A program made the position numbers and the translations under genes. The notes beneath the pieces were generated by a model. That model was not told the origin of the DNA and did not search any database. It saw nothing but the letters and a program-made list of their open reading frames with translations. A DNA stretch of 64,000 nucleotides. Source: the human T2T-CHM13v2.0 reference genome, Homo sapiens. Where the stretch lies: NCBI RefSeq assembly GCF_009914755.1, contig NC_060934.1; one strand, written 5' to 3'. The number at the start of each line of letters is the position of its first letter. Position 1 is the first letter of the stretch. Shown here piece after piece: positions 1 to 12,239 of this stretch.

Positions 1-609
1 TTTAGGTTAATTACACAGATGACAAGGCATTGATGCCTCCTCTCCGGGATGGTTGGCAAACTTGACTAGACTCAAAATGAACCTCTTTGATTCCATCTGC
101 AAAATTAGATCAGATTTGATAAAGTAAAGATGTACCCTTTGAAGTATTCCCCATCAACATAAGTGCTAAGAACACTTGAGTGAAGGAATTTGAGCAGTTT
201 TGAAAGCAGCAGCATAGCAACTTCAATGAGGATTGCAGCTAAGGGCATGCCCAGAAGGCACAGGACTAACTGCATCTATCCTGCAGGCAATAAGCAATTG
301 CTAAAGATTCCAGACTTCTCAAAGTTCAGAGTTCAACGTGGAAAAACTTTGTTGAACTTGTGATAGGCTGGGCTCTGTGGTTTGCATTCTGTTTTCAGAG
401 GCTTTTAGGGTCCCAGCAGTTTTTCTGTTTCTGAGCTGTGTCTCCGCACCACAGGAACAAGGCTGTTTCTTTCTCTTTAACTACCATGCCGAGGTATGAA
501 TTAAACTCTCAGCTGCTTTCCTGGGGTATGGTCCCTCCAGAGCTACAGGGCAGGACATCAGCAGGTGAAAAGTGACTGTTTATCCAAATGAAAGGCAAAA
601 GATCTGTGT

Positions 610-692
610 CAAAGCCCAACTCTGTCACCACCTAGCTGTGTGCCCCTGATGGAGTCCTTTAGTGTGCCCGAGTCTCAGCTTCCTCATCTCTC
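610..692 (+). mobile_element. MIR SINE fragment
   Basis: MIR core-like ctagctgtgtg...gtctcagcttcctcatct; degenerate. Confidence 0.6.
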
Positions 693-869
693 CAATGTCC
701 CACGACAGCTACAAGTTACTGAGTCCCTTCTACGTGTCAATCAAATCCCTAACTTGCAATCGAACTATGCCCAAATGCGGTTATTGGGCCCCTTCTCCAC
801 ACTGGAGCCCACACTTGGTGCTGGGGAGGAGATGCTAAATTAATCGCTGCATGGTCCCTCTAGGTCTAG

Positions 870-1060
870 CAGGGCACAGAGAGACCTAAACTAAGGCTAT
901 AATAGAAAGTGTCGACTGTGGCGACAGGTGCACGTATAAAGTGCCATGGGAACTCAGAGGAAGGAGCAATTAGCTCTGCTGGAAGGAGCCAAGGAGAGGC
1001 GCGGAGGTGAGAGGTGAGGATTTGATCTGATGAGCCAATGAACAAGAAAGCATTTTGCAA
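870..1060 (-). mobile_element. L2 LINE fragment
   Basis: aaagtgccatgggaactcagaggaagg...gaggtgaggatttgatctga resembles antisense L2 3' region. Confidence 0.45.
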
Positions 1061-1483
1061 TTTGTGGAGAGTTATAAAAGGAAAGCTTTTATTCTGATAT
1101 TAGGTAACATGAAACAGCTTGCAATTTGGGTTATTTTCTCTTAGCTTGGAATGGATTGATGGTAGCTTGGGAAACTCTTTAGCTTCAAAGGTATACAAGG
1201 ATGCTGTGAGGGTTTGAATCCAATAATCAATGCTAAGGGGAAATATTTTTATTAAAAAAATTAAAGTGTGTGAGCATTAGGCCAGTGGGAGGGTTATCAG
1301 ACCTGAAATGCTACTGTTTTGGGTAGTTTAGATACCCAAACGTGGGTGGGGCCCTTGTGCTGTGACCCTGAGGTCTTCACCTGTCTTGAAGGGAGCTGGA
1401 GGTTCAGATGTTGGTTCATACTGTTGGGAAATCCAGGAAGGCCCAATAAATACAGTCGTGTTTGTTTGTTTTTCTCTGGTTCC

Positions 1484-2030
1484 ATATTGAATAACAGCAG
1501 TGAGAGTGGGCATCCTCGCCTTTTTCCCGGTCTTGAAGGGAAAGCACTCAGTCTTTCACTATTAAGTGTGGTGTTAGCCCAGCTGTGGGTGTTTTGTAGA
1601 TGCTATTTATCAAGTTGAGGAAGTCTCCCTCTATTCCTAGTTTGCTGATAAATTTTTATCATGAATGGGTGTAGGCTTGTGTCAAATGCTTTTCCCACAT
1701 GAATTGATATGATCATGTGGTTTTTCTTCTTTTATCTGTTGATATAGTGGATTATATTGATTGATTTTTGAGCGTTGAACCAGCCTAGCATACCTGGGAT
1801 AAATCCCACTTGGTCACAGTATATAATTCTTTTTACATACTGCTGGATTCAACTTGCTAATACTTTGTTGAGGGGTTTTGTGTGTAAGTTTATGAGAGAT
1901 ACTGGTTTGTGGTTTTATTTGTACTATGTCTATCTGTTTTTGGTATCAGGGTAATATTAGCCTCATAAACTGAGTTGCTTTCTGGAAATGCTTTCTGGAA
2001 GAGATTGGGTAAAACTGGTGTTAATACACT
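1484..2030 (-). mobile_element. L1M LINE-1 ORF2 (RT-proximal) fragment
   Basis: Minus-strand ORF 1890-2075 contains NSVYEANITLIPK, matching L1 ORF2 NSFYEASIILIPK; typical antisense L1 text gagagtgggcatcct...ttgaggaagtctccctctattcctagtttg. Confidence 0.9.
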
Positions 2031-2585
2031 ATTTTTTAAAGGCAAGTCTGTTATCTTCAGTAAATCTATATGCAACCCAGAAGTACCTCTTGGTTAGTAT
2101 GGCAGGAAAGATGGCTTAGTAGCATACTCTGAAACCAGAGCAAACCACAGACCAGAGTCCAGCCCCCTCTAGAAATTGTTTAAATCTAACCTCACCTTAC
2201 CATGATTTAAACATTTTGTGCACCTCCCTTTACAGGTCCTCCTTAATTTTGGATTTTTTCTTTATTGTGCATTTCCCTTTACAGGTCATCAGTTTGCATC
2301 TTTGTGTGTTCATTCAGCGCATCTGGAGCACCAGGTACTTAGCTAGCTAGACATGAGGGGCCTGGTATGACGTGCTGCAAACCAGCCAGCCTGCCTCCCT
2401 CCCTTCCCCCTCCCTCCCGTCCTTCTTTTTTCCCTTGCCCCAGGTAGAGAGTCGAGTTTAGCAGCCTACCCAGTGCAGGGCGCACATCCCCTGAGGTCCA
2501 GGAGCTGCACTGCCCGATCCCCAGTCTTTACCTGCGTTCCTCCTGGCTGTTAGCATGCTACTTATGCTCACACGTTTGATAGCAC

Positions 2586-2872
2586 ATTAGCTTCCTGCTG
2601 CTGCACTAACAAATGACCACAAACGGGATGGCTCTAAACAACACAGCTTTATTATCCTCCAGTTCTGGAAGCCAGATGTCTGAAAGGAGTCACACTGGGC
2701 GAAATAATTTGTTGGAAAATGATTAGAGCCTGTGCTTCTTCTGCAGGCTCTGAAGGAGAACCTGTTTTCTTGCCTCTTTCAGTTTTTAAAGGCTGACCAT
2801 ATTCTCTGGCTCTTGGCCACCTTCCATCTTCAAAGCCAGGAATGGATGGTCTATATCATTCTTTTAAAAACA

Positions 2873-2909
<37 letters not shown>

Positions 2910-3410
2910 GAGACATGTTCTCACTCTGTTGCCCGGGCTGGAGTGCAGTGGCATAGTCATATCTCATTGCAGCCTTGAACTCCTGGACTAAAATGATCCT
3001 CCTTCCGAGCCTCCTGAGTATCTGGGACTACAGGCATACACCACCATGCCTAACTTTTTTATTTTGTAGAAATAGGGTCTCATTTTGTTGCTGAGGCTGA
3101 TCTTGCACTCCTGGCCTCAGGCAGTCCTCCCACCTTGGCCTCTCAAAGTGCTGAGATTACACGTGTGAGCCACCTACCTGGCCTCTGCAATCACTCCTAC
3201 ATTCTGTATCTCTCTCTTGCCTCTTTTTTTCACTAATAACGACCTGGTGATTATTACACTGGGCTCACCCGAATTCTCCAGGATAGTCCCTCCATCTCAA
3301 GGCCAGCTGATGAGCAATCTTAATTCCCTCTGCAACTTTTGTTCTATTTGCCATCTAATCTGACAGGCTCACAGGTTCTCGGGATTGGATGTGGACATCT
3401 TCATGGGCTA
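2586..3410 (-). mobile_element. MLT1 (MaLR) solo LTR, split by an Alu
   Basis: aacaaatgaccacaaac...tttattatcctccagttctggaagccaga; resumes after 3184 with ccaggatagtccctccatctcaagg...cacaggttctcgggattggatgtggacatct. Confidence 0.8.
2879..3183 (-). mobile_element. AluJ
   Basis: Poly-T followed by antisense dimeric Alu with J-type catatctcattgcagccttgaactcctgg. Confidence 0.93.
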
Positions 3411-3479
3411 TTACTTATAGAGATATATACATTGGATACATGTACACCATTAGAAGATACACAATATTGTTTTGACTGT

Positions 3480-3900
3480 GCAAGTGTTCTTTATTTACAT
3501 GAATGGAAAGGGGCTATAGATCTCTTTCTGACTCGTACTTTTTCATCCAAACCAGTATTTTAAAGTTCTATTCATGTTTACGTGTGCATGGGACATTGCC
3601 CCTGACTTCAACATTGTATTCCATACAAGACCTCCTCCATAATCTTCTTATTCAATTCCAATTGGTAGACATCTGGATTGCTTCCAACTCCTCTCTGTTA
3701 TAGACAATGCTGTGTTGAATACTTCATGCCCATCCCCTCGCGGATCTGGTTGGATTTTCTTACGTGTCGCTCATGCCCATCCCCTTGCGGATCTGGTTGG
3801 ATTTCCTTACGTATCACTAGGTGATGTTAGGGTGCCGCCCACGTGGCTGCCCTTGTCTACACTCCCAGCAGCAGTGTGTGGGAGTTCCTGTTCCTCTGTG
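3480..3900 (-). mobile_element. L1ME-type 3' fragment
   Basis: ggtagacatctggattgcttccaact...acaatgctgtgttgaatac...cactcccagcagcagtgtgtgggagttcctgtt. Confidence 0.65.
3724..3817. repeat. 47-bp tandem duplication (2 copies)
   Basis: 3724-3770 and 3771-3817 differ at 4 of 47 positions. Confidence 0.95.
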
Positions 3901-3979
3901 TACTTTGGGCCTGTTTTTGCTTTGGGGTACCAGCCCCCACCATTTCCTAGTTGAGAAGCAGCCTGAAAGAGAAAACAAT

Positions 3980-4190
3980 ATTAACTGAGCACCTACTCTG
4001 TGACCTACTAGGTGATCCTTTGTTGGAAGCTTCATATACTTTATCGTGTTTCATTTAAAGACAATCCTATATGGTTAATACCATCAAACCCATTTTGGAG
4101 ACTGAAAAACTAAAGCCAAGAGGGATCAAGTTCTTTGCTCAAGGTCTCATGTTTAGTAAGTGGTAAATCTAGAGTAAAATCCAAGCTGGG
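3980..4190 (-). mobile_element. MIR SINE
   Basis: cccattttggagactgaaaaactaaagcc...ttgctcaaggtctcatgtttagtaagtgg. Confidence 0.7.
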
Positions 4191-4284
4191 ATAAATGTCC
4201 ACTCTTAGTACTCCCATTACACCCTGGGCACACCTGGTTCTTCACAGATATAATAACTCTAAGTTAAATTCTTTGTATGGCAGA

Positions 4285-4480
4285 GATGGTTGGAGCATGG
4301 GCTTTGGAACCAGACCTCAGTTCAAATCCTGGCTCCAGCACTCACTGGCTACATGATTTGGGGTAAGGAACCTAAGTACTTTAAGTCTTGGTTTTCTCAT
4401 TTGGAGATGGGGACAATGTCCTTCGATTATGTTTGCAAAGCACTTCACAGTGTGCTGTGCCTAGAAGGGCTACATAACTG
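4285..4480 (+). mobile_element. MIR SINE
   Basis: agcatgggctttggaaccagacctcagttcaaatcctggctcc...ttttctcatttggagatgggg. Confidence 0.75.
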
Positions 4481-4504
4481 CTAGGTATTCCTACAGTATC
4501 ATAT

Positions 4505-4630
4505 CTGTGTCTCCCCACCCACCCCAGACTCAAAGCTCCTCAAGGGTAAAGATTGGGCTTCATTCATCTCTGTGCCGGCTTCAGAGCAACAAGTTCAGTG
4601 CTGTCGATTCAATAACCGTTGGTTGAAATA
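4505..4630 (+). mobile_element. L2 3' end
   Basis: gactcaaagctcctcaagggtaaaga...tcaataaccgttggttgaa. Confidence 0.55.
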
Positions 4631-4859
4631 CTGAGCTCCAAACCTCACTCTAAATAGAACTGACAATTTTTAGTCTTTGGGGTGAAAATCTTGGATCCCC
4701 AGGATGCCTATCAGGGTAGGGGAGAAGAGGGTCTTTGACTCGCATTTCTTTAGTGATCTTGGCTAAACCTTCTTCATAATATCTGTTCATGCTGGTCACG
4801 CCCTCTCTCTCCTGCCTAACTGGTCTTTTAAATCCCACTTTTGCTCCCTCTTGGGAATC

Positions 4860-5335
4860 AATGTGCGATTCCCCTCTGCGTTGTGGAGACTTCTCTCTTT
4901 GGGGGAGGGGCCGTCACATTGCCATCAGCACTGCATTCCCTCCTCCGCAGGAAGAAGGTTCTGCACAACTCAAGACTTTGCTGTCAATTAGGCAATTCTG
5001 AACCTGTGCGATTTCCTTGAGTGCTTAATAAAAATTGGGTGATTAGTGAACCTCAGGCAGCACTTTCTTAAATAGTCATTAAACAATCATTACAGATGGA
5101 AACAGCCACAACCGGCCGCTGTGAGGGAGTGTGTGGCTCCCTACAACATAATCCTTTTTCAAGTCAGAATGAATGTGTAATCAAAGCACAAAAGGGAACA
5201 GTTTCAAAGTTCTGAGCTTTCTCAGACAAACCTATCATACATCCAACCGGCCTAAATTGGTGCCCAAAAATGTTCAATGAGAATTGACACACGGTGTAGT
5301 GCTCTAAGTAATTCATCACTTAAGTCAGTTTGGGC
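4860..5335. promoter_or_regulatory. candidate developmental enhancer (repeat-free motif cluster)
   Basis: CTGTCA+ATTA 4981-4990, AACAAT 5082-5087, CAGATG 5093-5098, ATCAAAG 5180-5186, TTCAAAG 5203-5209; no recognisable repeat. Confidence 0.4.
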
Positions 5336-5494
5336 TTTTTTTTTTTTTTTTTTTTCTCTCTCTCCTTTTAGGGATATCTTCACACCCTTTCAAGTTTGAG
5401 AAGTTGTAATTGAGACAGGTATGCCTTGATATTTGAAATAAGTCCTCAAGAGGGTTTCTGAAGGCTACTGGGGTTCCAAAGCTAGACCTAACAT

Positions 5495-5610
5495 TTAGAG
5501 CTGTGTGACCTTGCAGAAGTTAATTATTCATCCTGCGCCTCAGTTTCTCCATGGTTAAAACACAGATGATAGCAATGCCTGCTCCATAATAAGCATTTAT
5601 TAACTGTTAG
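5495..5610 (+). mobile_element. MIR SINE fragment
   Basis: agctgtgtgaccttgcagaagt...gcctcagtttctcc. Confidence 0.7.
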
Positions 5611-5718
5611 TGGAATTACCCCCTATTTTTTGATGTGAGTTCTCCCAGAGCAGAAAGGGGGTCATTTAATGGTGAAGACCTCCCTGCTCAAAGATACCAT
5701 CTCTCCTCCATACTCCAC

Positions 5719-6050
5719 CAGTTATCAAACTTTACTGTGCGTAAGAATCAAAGAGACTTGTTTAAAATATAGACTTGGGCTGGGAACGGTGGCTCATGCC
5801 TGTAATTCCAGCACTTTGGGAGGCAGAGGCACAAGCAGTCCTTCAGCTCAGGAGTTCAAGACCAGCCTGAGCAACATAGTGAGACCCCCATCTCTACAAA
5901 AAATAAGAAATAACAGATACAATGCTGACCCCTGGAGCCCACCAGGAGAGATTCTGATTCAGATAGGAGTAGGGGTTCAGAAACCTACAGTTTTTAACCA
6001 GCACCCAGGTAATTCTAATACAGATGGTTCAAATGCCACACTTTGAAAAG
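5719..6050. mobile_element. MER5A (hAT-Charlie) interrupted by a monomeric Alu
   Basis: tcaaactttactgtgcgtaagaatca...[Alu]...agattctgattcagatagg...ccaggtaattctaatacag...ccacactttgaaaa. Confidence 0.75.
5777..5913 (+). mobile_element. FLAM / Alu left monomer
   Basis: gggctgggaacggtggctcatgcctgtaattccagcac...ccccatctctacaaaaaataa with no right monomer. Confidence 0.9.
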
Positions 6051-6479
6051 AGATGGATTAGTGTTATTTAAAAGACAGGGAGATAGGGCTATAGTCATAT
6101 ATATGTTAATGTGGATAATTCAATCAGATTGCTTTCTTGTCAATGCTTTAACCAGCTGCTCTTGAGGGAATAGTATTTTTTTGATAGCTTGGAAGGAGAG
6201 AGGAGCAACTTTGATCATAAAATATACTTGGAGAGGATGAACCCTCGATGCTACACCTTGGATAGCCAGAGGTATCAGCCTGCCAAAGAGTGGTAATGGT
6301 AGAGGAAGAAGTCTGAAGACAAACATGGCTAACTTATCTCTAAGATGTGCTTTGTGGCAAAGATGGCCCTTTATGGTACTGAAAATTGTTTCGAGTCCTT
6401 TTGGTTAGTAATGACTGTTTTATATCAATTAGAGCTCTCTCTAATCTTGTTTTGTGGTTTTTCAGACATATAGTGTGAT

Positions 6480-6739
6480 TTCTTTCTTTCTTTCTCTTTC
6501 TTTCTTTCTTTCTTTCTTTCTTCTTTCTTTCTTTCTTTCTCTTTCTCTCTCTCTCTTCTCATCTTTCCCTTCCTTCCTTCTTTCTTTCTCTCTCTCTTTC
6601 TCTCTCTTTTCTCTCTTCTCTCTCTTCTCTTCTTTCCCTTCCTTCCTCCCTCCCTCCCTCCCTCCCTCTCTCTCTCCCTTCCTTCCTTCCTTCTTTCCTT
6701 CCTTCCTTCTTCCTTCCTTCCTTCTTCCTTCCTTCCTTC

Positions 6740-6797
<58 letters not shown>

Positions 6798-6841
6798 CTT
6801 TCTTTCTTTCTTTCTCTCTCTCTCTTCTTTCTTTCTTTCCT

Positions 6842-6913
<72 letters not shown>

Positions 6914-6926
6914 TTCTTTCTTTTTC
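6480..6926. repeat. compound polypyrimidine microsatellite (TTTC)n/(TC)n/(TCCC)n/(TTCC)n, expanded Alu tail
   Basis: About 445 nt almost purely C/T; lies between the two copies of TSD atatagtgtgatttctt (6468-6484, 7212-7228). Confidence 0.95.
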
Positions 6927-7210
6927 TCAGAGTCTTTCTCTGTCACCCAGGCAGGAGTGCAGTTGCGCTCCAGCCTGCAGTGATCTGGGTTCACTGCAAC
7001 CTCTGCCTCTTGGGTTCAAGTGATTCTCCTGCCTCAGCATCCTGAGTAGCTGGGACTACAGGCGTGTGCTACCACAACTGGCTAATTTTTGTATTTTTAG
7101 TAGAAATGGGATTTCACCATATTGACCAGGTTAGTTTTGACCTCAAGTGATCTGCCTGCCTTGACCTCCCAAAGTGCTGGGATTATAGACATGAGCCACT
7201 GTGCCCGGCC
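6927..7210 (-). mobile_element. AluS (body)
   Basis: Antisense dimeric Alu ending gtgcccggcc; 17-bp TSD. Confidence 0.93.
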
Positions 7211-7769
7211 AATATAGTGTGATTTCTTAAGAAAAGACGCTGTTCTGGTTTACTTATTATGGTCTTTCTTCCTGTAGGCATTATGTTCTTAGTATGAGGG
7301 CTGGAATTCCTAGGATTTCTCTGGCTTTGGATGTTAAATAATTTAGAAGTACAATGTGAGGCTATTCACAGGAAAGCTGTGCCTTGGTTGATATCCTGGC
7401 AAGATTCCCTGTGGAAGTGATGGCAGGGACGTGGGCAGGGTGAGTCCAGGCCACCTAGGTTTAGAAGCATATCAGCCCCAAATGTCAGACATGCAAATCT
7501 ATGTATTTCCTCACAGGCGAAGAGTGTGAAGAATATTTCATTTTACCTGGAAAATCACACAGTGCAATGTACACATGATACAACTAAGTTCATATGTTGG
7601 ATGGGGTTAGCTGATAGCAGTGTATAGATTAAACAAGATCTGGTACTTGAGAACAATTTAGTCTGAAAGCTGAGAGTAAGGGTTGAGGTGTTAGATCAGT
7701 AAAAAGAGAAGATGCTCTTTACTCCACTGACCCTCTATGTTTATAGCTGAAGAATTGATTTCATTTCCT

Positions 7770-8660
<891 letters not shown>

Positions 8661-9574
8661 ATCTCGAAATATCTTGTCTTCTTTAGACAACTCCTATAAC
8701 TACCATATCATTTTCCCCCCCAATCTCTAAATGGTTGTCAGCTATAGTTTGAATAAAATTATGCATTGTGCCAATTTTCTGAGATGTGGACATGGCAGCT
8801 TATGTGGCAACTGCTAACGTTCCTGACCTCAAGGGATGAACATTTAGAGTAGCAATCACCCTGTCCCCTCCCCAGCGAAGAATCAGACCAAACCCATCTT
8901 CTCCTGGTTCACCTGGAACACTAATCAGATTAAGCCATCCCTAACTGGGGTGGGAAGCATTATGTACAGAGGGATGAACGTTCATTTAGACAGTGCCAAA
9001 AATAACTCTTGCATCTGTAAACACAGGGACAGACGGATGATCAGATGGAGTTTCAAGTGCGGTCTCACAAGAGTTGTGTAGTTTGCTCCTCTTCACAGAA
9101 ACTCACATGTTTCCTAAAGTCCAGATTTTGGAATTTGCTTGGAAAAGGGATATTTGTGGCACCATATGTTTCTCCCAGCCCGACTGCCTTGAAATCTAAC
9201 CCCTCTGGGTTTATGACTCTTGGATCCCACGGCGACCTCAGTGCCAATGGGCTGTGAAACGGGATTAACGCTCAGGCCAGGCTTTCCCTGGGTCGGCACG
9301 GACCCTTGGATACAGAGGCTGCCTTTCCAAGAAAGCCTTGCCATCCTTTTCTGAGTGCAGTCCGGAATGGCATATGAAAGCACAGAGGCTCCCCCGCTCC
9401 CATCTGAGTCAGAAACGCAGGAAGGCTGTGCGTCCTCTTGCTTGGATTTATTCCTGGCACCCGGGTTGTTCAGATTTGTAACCTGAAAGGTCAGGAGGGG
9501 AGAGGGAAGTGAGACAGAGAGGGGCGGGAGATGGGTTCTGTCTCAAGTGAAAAAGCAGTTAGAGGACACCTCAG

Positions 9575-9660
9575 CTGGGAGTCAGGAGGCTTGAGTTCTA
9601 GTTCTGCCACCACAGCTATGGGACCTCAGGCAAGCCATGGAACCCCCAGGGCCTTGTTGT
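9575..9660 (+). mobile_element. MIR SINE fragment
   Basis: gggagtcaggaggcttgagttctagttctgccacc...agctatgggacctcaggcaagcca. Confidence 0.6.
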
Positions 9661-10399
9661 TGTCACTGTTGGCCAAGGTAAGAGTCCTTACAGCTTTGAC
9701 TTTCTAAGCATGAAAAGGGGGGACGAAGGAAGATGGAGGCAGGATGAAATGAGACCTTTTAGAGCAGCACTTCTCTACTTTTTTCGTGTCTTGATGCACA
9801 TAAAAATAATTCTAAGAACTGCCAGGCTGGGTTAATTGGAGGAGGCTTCTCTGAGCTGGAGGCACTACCTCGGGGGCTCTGGCTGCCTTGAAGGCTGCGA
9901 ACATTGTGTCTCGGGCACACCAAGGGGATGCTCTGCTTCAGAGGACTGAGTCCTCAAACATCATGGCGCACATCTCCAACTACGTTCCCAACAAATGGAA
10001 ACGATACTATACCGGGGAATAAGTGTCAGGTAAACCCACAGCATTCTGACTTTGCTCGGAATGGCTTTAGTGACGTTTTGAGAAATATCAGATTCTCTTC
10101 TCAGACTTTGTTTTCATTGTCCTGCTTCCTGCTGCGGTCTCCATGCTTATTCTTTCTATTGGTGGGGAAGGGTGGCCAGGAAATAGGGTCCCTAGGGAAA
10201 GGAGGGAAACAGGGCTGCCAGGGAGGAGGGAGCCCACAGTCCAAGAATCCTCATAATTTCACTGGATTTTGTAGCCAGAGAACACCCAAATCATCTCTGT
10301 GTCTCCAATTCTGAGGGCAGCTGGGAGATGTCCAGCTCTTGAAGTCCTAGGTGGGAGTGAAGGGATCACGCATTCCACTTGGGTTCCTGCCTGTCTTTT

Positions 10400-11400
10400 A
10401 GGCTTTTCCTATTTTGCAGTATCAACCCTTTTAATGTGCCTTGTTTATTTTTCCCATACACCCTAAGAAATGGTGAGGTAACTGGGCTAAGATAATTGCT
10501 GAACACCTGCAGACGCAGGCCCTGTGCCGTGAGCACGGCTGAGCGAATGTAGGACTCATGACCGCACGGATCAGCTGGCTGTCCCCTCCCCCACCTCCTA
10601 AACACCTGCAGAGGCCTGTCACTTGGGACAGGAGGGCCTATTAGGGTTCTTGTAATTGAGATGGGGTGAGGGAGTTTACAATGGCTCCAGAGTGGGGGAG
10701 AGAGAAAGACGGCTTAGATGACAGGAAACTGTCTCCTCAGCTTCGTGGAATAGATTGAACAAGGTGGCCTGGGTAATAACGGGGTTAGCTAATCTAGATA
10801 GTAATAAGGGTAGGAGAGTCCGTCATCATAATCACAGCTAATGGATTCCAGATGGAGGGATCTAATTGTTCTCATTAGCATGGTTGCACACACACGCATC
10901 TCCACGCACACACACGCTCACACTCTGAGAGGCCAATTCTGCCCATGTACCCGACTTTGCTAAGTACTGTCGGATAAGAATAGCCCAACCTGCAGAGCTT
11001 GACGGAGAGCGTTGTCAGTTACATCTTTTCCCATGTCCCCTTCCACAACATCCATGCATACGTAATGGTTTCATTAACCTTGCGACTTCTGCAGATGAGT
11101 TGAAAACCCAGGCTTACACGGCCAATTAATTGGCAGTGCATTTTGCACAGAGCATGGAGGTACCTTTCTCTCCCACTAAATACTGCCTGACTTTTCGGCT
11201 GTATTTCATACGTGCTAATGTAATGTTGCTGAAAGGAAATATGGCCCAAAGCAGGAAACTCCCTGCCACCCCACCGGGATGCAGCTGTTCATTTGGTTTG
11301 GGTTGTTAATTCAAACCACTCCCAGGTGCCTATTTCATATTATCTCTTGTTTAGAACAAAATAAAATGAAACTGTCAAAGCCTTTCTGCCTCGCTCGGTC
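10400..11400. promoter_or_regulatory. candidate enhancer (repeat-free, motif-rich)
   Basis: AACACCTGCAGA at 10502 and 10601; palindrome GCCAATTAATTGGC 11121-11134; many TAAT cores; retained CpGs. Confidence 0.4.
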
Positions 11401-12223
11401 CTGGGCTCAATAGTCCCATAAAGGGACCTGTGCAAGGAAGCAACTGCTAAAACTTGCTTTTCCTCAGCAAGACATTTGGGTCTCAGTTTTTCTCTGGGTC
11501 CTCCAGGTGAGACCCCAACCTGGAGCCGATAGACCTTCTCATGGAAAGGTCTTCATGGTCGTCCTGCTCCGGACCTGCATTCCTACTTCTGGGCCTTTGC
11601 TCCTGACCTGCCTTGCCAGGGGCACTGTTTCTTTCCCATTTCAAACTCATCTCGCAAAGCCTCCTCTCTGAATCTTCCACTGAGACCTCTGATTTTCTGG
11701 TTTGGACTTATAGTAAGTGCTCAATAAATGCTAGCCATTATTAATGTTCCTACTTCATGAAGCAAGTCAGTTGTTCAGTGCTCATAAAATATTTAATAAA
11801 GAACTCTCAAGTGGATTTGCCTATGATTTGTGTATATCCCGGTATGCTATTTATAGCCATGCACTCGCTTTTTTATATGGTGAATGCCTCCCTAAGGTGG
11901 ACTTTTATGTTCTTTGTCATCTGCCCTTGGCCACTCTGCCAGTGGGCCAGAAGCATGCACCGAGAGAGGCCCAGAACCAGAGGAGGGGAAGAGAAACTGA
12001 GGCTGGGGAATCTTTGCCTGGAGCCTGGGAATCCTCCTGGAGAGGAGGGTGTATGGCTTTTAAATCCTAGGCTGTTAAAATCTTCAAGACTCTTTGCTTT
12101 CTATCCAAAGTGATCTCTTGTTTTCAGCAGCACAAGGAGAATGGCTCTTTGGGGTGACTTTGTTTTCACAGCAGAATTTCTGAGGCTCAGTTATATGGCA
12201 TCAGGGTCTGTGAGTGGCTGTCA

Positions 12224-12239
12224 CCCCCCCCCCCCCCCC
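12224..12239. repeat. poly-C16 run
   Basis: Directly visible. Confidence 0.95.

Noticed and set aside
3724-3817. Possible CRISPR-like repeat
   Set aside because: Only two directly abutting copies, no spacers, and a eukaryotic context.
6425-7023. Two 189-aa ORFs (K/E/R-rich and F/L/S-rich)
   Set aside because: Translations of the stop-free microsatellite.
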